A stretch of 64,000 bases of DNA, from assembly GCA_951406725.2 (NCBI GenBank), contig OX597822.1, positions 99,076,001 to 99,140,000 of the forward strand, read 5' to 3'. Under the pieces are notes generated by a model that made no database searches, was not told where the DNA came from, and saw nothing but the letters and a program-made list of their open reading frames with translations. Below are positions 1 through 11,159 of this stretch, piece by piece. Positions within the stretch are counted from its first letter, which is position 1. Every line of letters begins with the position of its first letter. Source of the DNA: Octopus vulgaris (Eukaryota). The translations under genes were made by a program, and so were the position numbers.

Positions 1-19
1 CACACACATACACAAACAC

Positions 20-245
20 CATTCAAACGTGGTTGATGCTAGTACCACCAGACCAACCTTCATGCCAGTGGCACGTAAAAAGCACCCACTACACTCTCGG
101 AGTGGTTGGCATTAGGAAGGACATCCAGCTGTAGAAACATTGTCAGATCAGATTGAAGCCTGGTACAGCCTTCTGGCTTGCCAGTCCTCAGTCAAACAGT
201 CCCATTCATGCCAGTATGGAAAGTGGACATTAACGAACAACAATA
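20..245 (+). mobile_element. 3'-UTR fragment of RTE LINE family 1
   Basis: Shares gtggcacgtaaaaagcacccactacactc...ggaagg.catccagctgtagaaac...catgccagtatggaaagtggac with the 3' UTR following the RTE ORF at 20611-21695. Confidence 0.85.
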
Positions 246-442
246 CATATATATTTATATATATATATATACATACACATATATAGACATATATACATAC
301 CCTGCTGGTAATTTTAGTTATATCCGTTAAGTACTATTTCAATGATGTGAAAACTGATACCATGAGTTTACTTTCACATATACTCATTAGGTTAATTTTT
401 GTATTGTCTGAAATAGAATACCTGCATATCGATTAATCCCCA

Positions 443-495
<53 letters not shown>

Positions 496-574
496 ATATA
501 AATAATATATAAATATATGCATATATACATACATATACGTACATGCCTACATCTATATGTATATATACATGCAT

Positions 575-845
575 ATGTGGGTACAGGACATCAAAAAAAT
601 GTTGAACACAATGAGTAACAAAAACACAAAAACAAAAACATGGAAACGAACATTTTTTCAAACAATGAAAAAACAGAGTACAAGACATACAACACAAAGA
701 ATATTCCCCTTCTTCAGTCGTTCCTGTTTCATCTACTCCACGTTTCAAAGGTAAGGACAAGACGTAACTTCATTGAAACAGTCCTTCCCGCAAAGCAAAT
801 TAAATAAAATTTGGGATTTTTTGCAGAGGGGTACAAGTGGTAATA
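575..845 (-). repeat. Unclassified interspersed element between TA tracts, possibly PLE pseudo-LTR derived
   Basis: Complex sequence bounded by TA-rich microsatellite; minus strand has GAAACGT and CTGAAGA motifs but no clean ribozyme fold. Confidence 0.35.
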
Positions 846-919
846 TATATATATATATCATCAGTTAATGTCTACTTTTCCATACTTGCATGGGTCAGAC
901 AAAATTTATTGAGGCAGAT

Positions 920-1350
920 TTAGTAGAAGACACTTGCCCAAGGTACCACAGAAAGGGACTGAACCCTGAGCCATGTGGTTGGGAAGCAAGCTTCTCACCT
1001 CACAGCCATGTCTGCACCTATAAAGAGTTTGCATTCTGGTGGAAAGCAATCCATATATTCTTTTATTCTTTTACTTGTTTCAATCATTTGGCCATGGCTG
1101 ACCCCAGGACTTATTTCTTAAGTCTAGTGCTTATACTGTCAGTCTCTTTTTCTAAACTGGTAAGTTTGTAAAACGGTTGTTAAACGGTGATGGGAGAACA
1201 AATACAGACACAACAGCAACACAATATGCTTCTTTCAGTTTCCATCTACTCATAAGACTTTGGTTGGCCTAAGGCTATAATAGAAGACACTTTGCCAAGG
1301 TACCATGCGGTGAGACTGAACCTGGAACCATATGGTTGGGAAGCAAATTT
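920..1350 (-). mobile_element. Degenerate SINE family B fragments
   Basis: tagtagaagacacttgcccaaggtacc...ggactgaaccc matches full copies at 22266-22722 and 61748-62172. Confidence 0.75.
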
Positions 1351-2811
1351 GATTTTTGTAATGGTGTTGACTATTTTTGATTTAGTTTTGGATTTAGAAA
1401 CTCTTATCAAGTATTTTTCTTTTGTTTTTCATAGTTAATCATCTTCATTTACTTTGGGGAGGAAAAAAAAATGGAAATATTTTGAATTTTCTATTTGCTC
1501 AAATGTAGAGGTTCATCATGTAAAACATTTCTAAGAGATGAATCTTTAATTTGTTGTTTGAGTATCCTCATATGGGGAATTAATAAGAATTAAATGGTGA
1601 ATGTAATGAGAATTACATTGGCCAAACAGGCCAGTGTGACTCTTATTGTATAGTGGGCAGGTGATGCAGTAAGATGATATTTTATGTCTTGCAATTTATG
1701 TTTGCATTAACCCTCAACTCTTTCTCATTCTCGAATCTTTTAGTTGTTTCCTATTCACTTATTTTGCACATTCCTCAAAGAAGCTCTCCACAATTTGTTA
1801 GCTGCATTGTTTCTTTTGATGTGAATTTTACCTTTGTTGGGAGTCTTTTGAGATTCAGAGGTTGTTTTTGGGTGTTGACAACTTGTGATTCTTTAATTAT
1901 TTTCAGAGATTTGACAACTGATATAAAATTGAAACACACACACACACACACACACATTGAGAGTATATTTTATCATTATATTCTACTTCTAATTTTTTTT
2001 TTATAACTGTAATTCCTCAGAGATTCAATTTATGACAAACATCAGATTTCATTTGCAAAGAAAAAATATTTTCCAGTATATTTTGATTTCAGGTGCAGAA
2101 TTTCAAAGAATTTCAATTTATTGTGTTGTGTTATTTCCAAAGAGTTTGTTAAATTTCAGTAGATAGTTCTCTGTTCTCTGTTTTATTTGGTCATATGAAA
2201 TTATAGATTTCCCAGATATAATTCCCACTTGGTTATGGCAGTTATATTTTGTTTATTTTGTATTACTGTCTCATGTAGCAAATGAAATAGAAATGTAAAA
2301 ATATTGGCTGTTTTATAAACCTGAAGAATCCACGAAGAAATTATATAATATTTCAATATAATATTCCAATTATATAATATGTCAATAGCATTCATGCACC
2401 ACTGAATGTATACCTGATCAAGTGTTTCAATTAATTTTATTATGAAGTTTTTCCTTTACTCTTCTCTAGACATTAAATGTTATTTGCTTGCAACTTCATT
2501 GTTTAAAACCAATTGCTGATTAAAGAGCATAAATGTTGTGTAGCAAATTCGATTTTCTAAATTATTGAATTGTGTCTTATGTGTAGATTTGTATCGTTCA
2601 TGTATTAGCAAGGAAAACTATGACTAAGTAAGATATTGGAGTATCAATCTAACCTCAGGCTCAATGGTCAAAATACCAAGAGTAATGATTCATTGGAGAC
2701 TATACTTTATACACAGTGCCCCATTCCTTTTACAGGCTCTGGAAAGATTCTTGGGTGCTTTTGCACTCTTTTTATGAATGTATTAAAGAATAGATATATA
2801 TATATATATAT

Positions 2812-2985
2812 ACTGATGAGAACTAAGACCATATATGTATATATATATATATACTTTATTTTAAGCAGCAGAAAATTCAACAGATTTTGTTGAATTTTCT
2901 GCTGCTTAAAATAAAGCATATTACTCTACCACTGGTATTTGAGTACTCTTTTTTCCACCTTGTTTCACATTTATGTGTTTACTCC

Positions 2986-3021
<36 letters not shown>

Positions 3022-3047
3022 CATATATGGTCTTAGTTCTCATCAGT
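2812..3047. repeat. Nested fold-back elements in a (TA)n tract
   Basis: Outer perfect 27-bp arms 2812-2838/3021-3047 (actgatgagaactaagaccatatatgt); inner perfect 29-bp arms 2854-2882/2888-2916 with 5-nt loop. Confidence 0.9.
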
Positions 3048-3103
3048 GGATCTTGCTGATACTCTGGGTTAAAAGGGTAACCCACCTCGTGTAACTCATG
3101 AGA

Positions 3104-3233
3104 AAACCATTGAAAGCTTGTGCTAGTCCAAAACAGTCGAAGTGTATAGCATAAATAAAATAATATAATATAATATATTAAATATATTATAATATAGGTG
3201 GCCCTTTAGCAATTAAAATTTAAAGGCATATAT

Positions 3234-3274
<41 letters not shown>

Positions 3275-3568
3275 TGTGTGTGTATATATGTATATACACA
3301 CACCTATGCACACATACAACATACACATATATACATATTATCATGTTTAACTGGATTTATACCATCAAGTGTTAATATATCATTGCCTTCTTGATGTACA
3401 TTTTTTTTTTGGGGGGGGCTGTCCAAATCGTTGGAGAAACATAAATTTCTTTTGTATTTCCCAGATGCAACATATTGTAGTTGGTTTGTTGCATTGCATT
3501 CTGTTGAAATACTTAAGACTTCAAAAAACAAAACAACAACAACAACAACAACAAAAATACAGAAATGG
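3104..3568 (+). repeat. Source segment of local inverted duplication (copy at 6107-6547)
   Basis: Reverse complement aligns almost throughout; ORFs 3304-3531(-) and 6055-6360(+) translate near-identically. Confidence 0.95.
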
Positions 3569-5344
3569 AATCATCTGAATCATCGAATTGTATGCATATT
3601 CATGCAGAATTACATACGTGTCTAGACACACACAAACACAGACTTATATGTATGTATACACTTACACGCACACACATAAATCAATATATACTTACCATTA
3701 AAAGTATCCGATTATGAATAACCTCATATGAATAATAAAGAAAAAGGATAAATTTTTATGAATGACAATTTTCTTGATGGTCGTTTGTCTCTCTTGGTGT
3801 TATTTAGTTGAAAATAATACAGAAAAATGATCTGTTTGGTTTTAATGCACATTGAGACAAGATGATGAAGACCAAGGTAAAAAAAAAGTTCATGTTTAGT
3901 TATATCATAGTTATATATATTCTTTTGGTGATCAAGTGTCAATGAACAGTTTTTTCAAATAGTTCATGATCGTGTTTTTCCTTCTTATCTATATTTTTCT
4001 TTACTAGAAAGGCCCAAAAGAAACATAAGCATCAAGCAGGTTATTGACAACAACTTAACATTCTTCTTATTCTTTTCAATTCACTTTCCGTTCATAAAAT
4101 TCACTTTCTTGTCTTTGTACCATCGTCTCCTCTTTTCTCAGATCATGTTCCCTCCCTATCTTCCTCCTCCTCCTCCAACTCCTCGTTGCATTTGCCTTCT
4201 CCATATTTTGGGTTATTGATTATATTCTAATGACACCGTCACTCAACTTCAAACAGGAAAACATCAGGCCACAAGAGGAATCTGAATTTCATGTAATATT
4301 CGAAAGCTATTAGAAAGATAACGAGTTTGATTAATATTGGAGAAATGTCACTAGTTTAGCATCTTAAAGATGGCTGACTGTCTGCTAAGACAAAGTAAAT
4401 GTTTATTTAAATCAATGTGGACATCCCAGACGCAAGAAAAAAGCCCCTCTGGAATGTAAGATGAATTTGTATAAGATTTCTTCCAAGAAGTTTAGCACTT
4501 CTTTTAAGTCTAGTTGTATTGCTCACTGCTCTGTCTGTTGCAGGCAATCAGTTTTAGCTTGGTTCCATGAGAATTAGTGATTAGGAAAATAAATTTCATT
4601 ATGTCTTCCATTAATATCACATGATATAAGAGTAATTAAAAGAACGAGTGGTGTTGGTGGTGGTGAGACAAACATGAAGATTGTAAAGAAACTATCTTCA
4701 CTCTTACAAGCACATAATGACAGAGAAATGCACTAGTGTCGTTGATTGACTTCAGGTCAATTCTGATTGAGTTAGTCTATTATCAAAAGTATTCCAGTTG
4801 TAACAAATCTCTTTTATTTTCTCAGGCTGTGAACTACATTATCTGACATGTCCTTTTCTTTTTTCAAAATTGCAGGGTCAACGATTAGGGATATTTTCCT
4901 ACCATTTCTAGTAAGTTAAATGACCACAGACAAGCTCCCAATTTGACTTGTTTGTGTGTATGTGCGTGTGTGTGTGTGAGTATGTGTGTGTATATGTGCA
5001 AGTATATTAAGTTTGTGTGTGTGTATGTATATGCAAGTGTGTGTGTGTGTGTTTATGTGTGTTTGTGTGTGTGTAAGAATATTAGAGCTAGAATTAAGAG
5101 TCATTTGACTAAGTCGATTAATGTTCAATTTCTTGACTTCTCATGTCACTTATCTTTATTTTCACTTTTGAAGCTAATCCCAAATCTGATTTATAATCAT
5201 ATTTTCAGAATTACAAAACATAAGAGACAAATGTTGGAACTCAAGATCCAAAATCTTTATCTGTGAACCTTACATGAAAATCTAATTCATGGAATTTTCT
5301 TTTCAGAGAAAACAAAAATGAATTTAGCTTTAAATATCAACTGA

Positions 5345-6115
5345 TTTGCAACAACCATTCATGATTTATTTATTTAAGTAGAAGACATTAAAATTTGATG
5401 TTGTTGCTTTCCCACAGATTAACTTTATGATCAAAAGCATTCCATCCATGATCATTTTGAGTATTTAGATTTATTTTAATCCAATATGTCCTTTCTTTTT
5501 AATAAGCTGATATGATATGAAGGGAGTGGGGACAGGTCGTATTTTAAAATATGATCATAAGATATTTTTAGAGAGGGTTGTGGTTCCTATTTCAAAATTA
5601 ATCACATTCAGGATCTCTCCAAGTAGATAGCGTTTGCTTGGAAGGTTGCTACTAAGCAAGGCAGAGGTAGAAACCATAAAGTATTTGGTTATGGTTTTTC
5701 TGGTATGAATTGGTGAGCTGGCAGAAACATTAGTACGCCAGGTGAAATGCTTAGCGGTATTTCGTCTGTCTTTATGTTCTGAGTTCAAATTCCGCCTAGG
5801 TCACTTTGCCTTTCATTCTTTTGGGGTCGATAAATAAAGTACCAGTGTCGCACTGGGGGTCGATATAATCGACTTAATCCGTCTGTCTGTCATTGTTTGT
5901 CCTCTCTGTGTTTAGCCCCTTGTGGGTAGTAAAGAAATAGGTATGAATTGGTGAGAAAGGATCTTCAGATGTTGGGCCTCACAGAGGGGATGACAAGGGA
6001 CCAAAATTCCTGGCAGTTTGCTGTGCTTGAGAAAATACATCAAGCTAAGTAAAATTGTGGTTGTCTTTGCATACAGGCATGTCCCATGCATCTCTCTTCA
6101 GTAGACCATTCTTAT
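5345..6115 (+). repeat. Direct duplication unit, copy 1 (copy 2 at 6559-7317)
   Basis: About 770 bp near-identical from caacaaccattcatgatttatt to cagtagaccattctta, including the same SINE insertion. Confidence 0.95.
5712..5945 (+). mobile_element. tRNA-derived SINE family C inserted in an RTE 3' fragment
   Basis: Head gagctggcagaaac, B-box-like gagttcaaattcc, core gcctttcattcttttggggtcgata...agtaccag; flanked by repeat ggtatgaattggtgag (5702-5717/5940-5955). Confidence 0.85.
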
Positions 6116-6547
6116 TTTTTGTTGTTGTTGTTGTTGTTCTGTTTTTTGAAGTCTTAAAATATTTCAACAGAATGCAATGCAACAAACCAACTACAATATG
6201 TTGCATCTGGGAAATACAAAAGAAATTTATGTTTCTCCAACAATTTGGACAGCCCCCCAAAAATGTACATCAAGAAGGCAATGATATATTAACACTTGAT
6301 GGTATAAATTCAGTTAAACATGATAATATATATATATGTGTATGTTGTATGTGTGCATAGGTGTGTGTATATACATATATACACACACACTCTCTCTCTC
6401 TCACACACACACGCACACGCACACATATGCCTTTAAATTTTAATTGCTAAAGGGCCACCTATATTATAATATATTTAATATATTATATTATTTTATTTAT
6501 ACTATACACTTTGACTGTTTTGGACTGGCACAAGCTTTCAATGGTTT
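6107..6547 (-). repeat. Inverted copy of 3104-3568 between two direct duplicates
   Basis: Direct sequence comparison. Confidence 0.95.
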
Positions 6548-6872
6548 ACAACAACTCATTTACAACAACCATTCATGATTTATTTATTTTAGTAGAAGAC
6601 ATTAAAATTTGATGTTGTTGCTTTCCCACAGATTAAATTTATGATCAAAAGCATTCCATCCATGATCATTTTGAGTACTTAGATTTATTTTGATCCAATA
6701 TGTCCTTTCTTTTTAATAAGCTGATATGATATGAAGGGAGTGGGGACAGGTCGTATTTTAAAATATGATCATAAGATATGAATAGAGAGGGTTGTGGTTC
6801 CTATTTCAAAATTAATCACATTCAGGATCTCTCCAAGTAGATAGCGTTTGCTTGGAAGGTTGCTACTAAGCA

Positions 6873-7549
6873 AGGCAGAGGTAGAAACCATAAAGTATTT
6901 GGTTATGGTTTTCTGGTATGAATTGGTGAGCTGGCAGAAACATTAGTACGCCAGGCGAAATGCTTAGCGGTATTTCGTCTGTCTTTATGTTCTGAGTTCA
7001 AATTCCACTGAGGTCGACTTTGCCTTTCATCCTTTCAGGGTCGATTAAATAAGTACCAGTTACGCACTGGGGTCGATATAATCGACTTAATCCGTTTGTT
7101 TGTCTTCTCTGTGTTTACCCCCTTGTGGGTAATAAAGAAATAGGTATGAATTGGTGAGAAAGGATCTTCAGATGTTGGGCCTCACAGAGGGGATGACAAG
7201 GGACCAAGATTCCTGGCAGTTTGCTGTACTTGAGAAAATACATCAAGCCAAGTAAAATTGTGGTTGTCTTTGCATACGGCCATGTCCCATGCATCTCTCT
7301 TCAGTAGACCATTCTTAATTTTGTGGGCTCATGGGTGTTGGTACCACATAAAAAACAAAGCATCCATATTGGTGCTGTGTAAAAGCACTCATGCCAGTAA
7401 TGCATAAAAGACATCCAGTACTCTCTGTAAAGTGGTTGGTGTAAGGAAGGGCTTGGAGCCTGGCTGCTCTTTAATTGACCAGCTCCTATCAAACTGTTCA
7501 ACCCATGCCAGCATGGAAAACGTATGTTAAATGATGATGATGATGATAT
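6873..7549 (+). mobile_element. RTE LINE 3' fragment (ORF end, UTR, (GAT)n tail) interrupted by SINE C at ~6925-7146
   Basis: 7163-7255 translates DLQMLGLTEGMTRDQDSWQFAVLEKIHQAK*, homologous to NLRTLGLTEEMTRDRDLWKCAVREKTRQDK* at 21051; gatgatgat tail. Confidence 0.85.
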
Positions 7550-7707
7550 ATTTATAAACAATTGAAAAATAAATATGAAAGAAGTAAGAATCCATTATAA
7601 AGAATCGGTGCTTATATTGATATTGGTTCATTTTCTTCATAGATAATCTCATTTAAGCTTGGATAACACTTACATAACAGTTTCTAGTTTGCGGGGGTTT
7701 TGTAGCA

Positions 7708-7746
<39 letters not shown>

Positions 7747-7941
7747 GTGTGTATGTGTGCATGTGTGTGTGTGAGAGTGAGTGTTGTTGTACAGTGGGAG
7801 GGTTATTTTATCAATATCTGTTTCAACAGATGATTCCACATCAGAAATCATGCCAAACAAATAAAAAGTGATATATATAAATACATACATACATACATGC
7901 ATACATACGTGCATATATACATACATACACACACACACACA

Positions 7942-7977
<36 letters not shown>

Positions 7978-8120
7978 TGTATGTATGTATGTATATATAT
8001 ATATATATATACATATGTATGTGTATACACACACACACACACATATATATATATAGATGCATACATATATACATATAATACTTTAGTTGCTACTATATAC
8101 ACATATATGTGAATGTATGC

Positions 8121-8189
<69 letters not shown>

Positions 8190-8879
8190 TATATGTTTAT
8201 AAATATACACATATATATATAATTACATAAATAAATGTGTATGAAATTATGTGTAAGTTACATAGCATGCTTTAGAGCATATGATTTAATTCTAAATCAG
8301 AAATTGTTTTTACCTTTTCCTTAAATCAATATGATTTCTTGAAATGTCATCATTAAGATTGTGTTTGTCAGAGCAACAACTTCTTTCTGGGGCTAAAAAC
8401 AAAACAGTTTGTTTTGGAAACTACTAGAAATACGCTTTCATACATAATTAATTAATATTTACCATATATGACATGTTATGTCATTTTTCTCTTTCATTTT
8501 TGTGAAGTTAAAATTTTGTGACATTTAAGACTAATTTTCATTATTTCCTTTTAATTTATGAGTTGTGTAGTTAAGAAGTCAACTTTAGAACCACAAGACT
8601 TTTGGTTCAGTCCCACTGTATGTCACTTTGGTCAAACGTTTTCTTCTATAGCTCTGGGCTGACCAATACCTTGTGAGAGAATTTGGTAGATGGAAACTGT
8701 GTGGCAGCCTGTCATATATATTCTTTTCTTCTTTCATTCTTTTACTTGCTTCGGTTATTTGACTGTGGCCATGCTGGAGCACTGCCTTGAAGGGATTTAG
8801 TTAAACAAATTGACTCCAGAGCTTATTTCTTTTCAAGCCTAGCACTTATTCTGTCAGTCTCTTTTAAGGCAGTGCTTCA

Positions 8880-10020
8880 GCTGGCACCAATAATAACTGC
8901 ATGGTATGTAAGATTAACCCTGGCATTAATGTAGTACTAGAAATGTAGTCTACAGCGTAAGGTGCATAGAGGGTGCTTGTAAAGAGAAGAACATGATATA
9001 AATAGGTGAGACATCAAGAAGCATTGTGGAGAGATTAAATGGACATTTGAGACAATATGATGAGCAAAAACAATCCTCCATACTTTACCAACATGCCAAA
9101 GACCAACATGAAGGCACACTGAGTCAACTTGACATCTGCATTTCATCCAAGCATCCAAAGGACCCAACACTCAGACAAGTACAAGAGTATGTCCTCATTA
9201 ATGAGACATCCCCTGTACTAAATAGGAAATATATATATATATATAGGTGTCATACCCCAATACCCACAGTTTATATACACACAGATAGTGTTGTTAGTAA
9301 GCCATTATGTAGGCACATATGCATGTGTGTGTATGTGTGTGCATGTAATGTATGTGTGTGTATGTATACACATGTAGGTAAGTGGATACGTATATAGACA
9401 GGTACATATACAGATAGATAAGTACACAGGTAATATGGACAGATGGGCACACACATGCACACATGCTTGCATACATATATACACACATGCATACAAATGA
9501 AGACTGAAACACACGACCATATACACACATGCACACTTTACACAAGGACACATACGGAGACACACATCCATACATAACAGAAGCTCATACATAGTTACAC
9601 AAACCCATACGCAAACACTCAAACATGTACACACACACAAACATGAACACACAAGCACATGGATATGCAGAATACATACCTACATGCATACAAATGTGCA
9701 CACATGCATACATATATATGTGCATACAAATGCACACATGCATTCCTACACTCACATGTATGCATACATACATGCACACATATATGCATACATATGTGCA
9801 TGTGCATGCACACTGATGCACTCACATGTGCAGAATCAAACAAACAAAAAGAATGCTGTTCTGATAACGGACAGAGTCAAAGACTATTGAAAAGGATGCA
9901 AGATGCAACGAAGATTTTAGAAAAACACAAACAAGCAAATGAGTGGAAACTGAACCAGTGAGTGTGTTAAATAATAAGACACAAAAAGAGAATGACTCTC
10001 CCCAGACACACTAAAATTGT
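8880..10020 (+). mobile_element. Penelope-like element remnant: GIY-YIG endonuclease C-terminus plus microsatellite-rich 3' region
   Basis: Translates RNVVYSVRCIEGAC...IGETSRSIVERLNGH...ILYQHAKDQH...DPTLRQVQE..LINETSPVLNRK; downstream region matches 11160-11652 (rc) and 14640-15110. Confidence 0.85.
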
Positions 10021-10049
10021 AGCCTTAGTCTAATTGTTTGCTTTATATG

Positions 10050-10470
10050 TAATACTCTTTACTCTCTTTTACTTGTTTCAGTCATTTGACTGTGGCCATG
10101 CTGGAGCACCATCTTTAGTCGAGCAAATCGACTCCTGGACTTATTCTTTTTAAGCCTAGTTCTTATTCTATCGGTCTCTTTTGCCGAACCACTAAGTTAC
10201 GAGGACGTAAACACACCAGTATCGGTTGTCAAGCGATATTGGGGAGACAAACACAGACACACAATCATACACACACACACACACATATATATATATACAT
10301 ACATACGACGGGCTTCTTTCAGTTTCCGTCTACCAAATCCACTCACAAAGCTTTGGTCAGCCTGAGGCTATAGTAGAAGACACTTACCCAAGGTGCCACG
10401 CAGTGGGACTGAACCCGGAACCATGTAGTTTGTTAGCAAGCTACTTACCACACAGCCACTCCTACACCTA
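10050..10470 (-). mobile_element. Full-length tRNA-derived SINE family B
   Basis: On minus: ggctgtgtggtaagtagcttgct...ggttccgggttcagtccc head, central TA/TG microsatellite, tail gactgaaacaagtaaaaagagagtaaagag. Confidence 0.9.
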
Positions 10471-10739
10471 TGTACTATAAAAAATACCTCATTGACCAGC
10501 TCCCTTTCTTTTTTCCTATTTTCTCTCTTCTTTTTCTTTGGCAGTTGGTTCATTTTGGCTCTGAAGAAGATAGCTTTGAGCTAGCGGTTCCCTATATTTT
10601 TAGTTGATCAATCAATCACTTGATAAGATTGAACCATGAACACACCCAAATGCATATCTGAAACAGCTGAAAGCCCATAATAAATAAATGTATGTAATCC
10701 ATTATTTCTGTGCGAGACTTCTGGTGATTTGCTTTGTTT

Positions 10740-10960
10740 GAGAAGACACATAAAAGACACCCATTCCAGTGACATGTAAAAAGGCACACAGTACACTCTG
10801 TGAAGTGGGTTGGCATTAGGAAAGTCATCCAGCCATAGAAGCCAAGCCAGAACAGACTGGAGCCTGGTGCAGGTCTCCAGTTTACAAGCTCCAGTCAAAC
10901 CGTCTAAGCCATGCCAGCATGGAAAATGGATATTAAATGATGATGATGATGATAATGGTG
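10740..10960 (+). mobile_element. RTE 3'-UTR fragment with (GAT)n tail
   Basis: ttggcattaggaaagtcatccagcc...catgccagcatggaaaatggatattaaatgatgatgat. Confidence 0.8.
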
Positions 10961-11159
10961 ATACAAGTGTAATTGAAAAGTGATTAAAATTCTCAGTATA
11001 CTTATATATACAAATAAAGGATGAAAATGTGCAATAATCTTTTATCTTACTGTCTTAATTTATCAAAAGGTTATCAGAAAAATTAATAAATTAAGATAAA
11101 TAGTGGATGTAATATTTCATTTAGATATATTAAATATTTCGTTTTTGGATTTGATTAGC

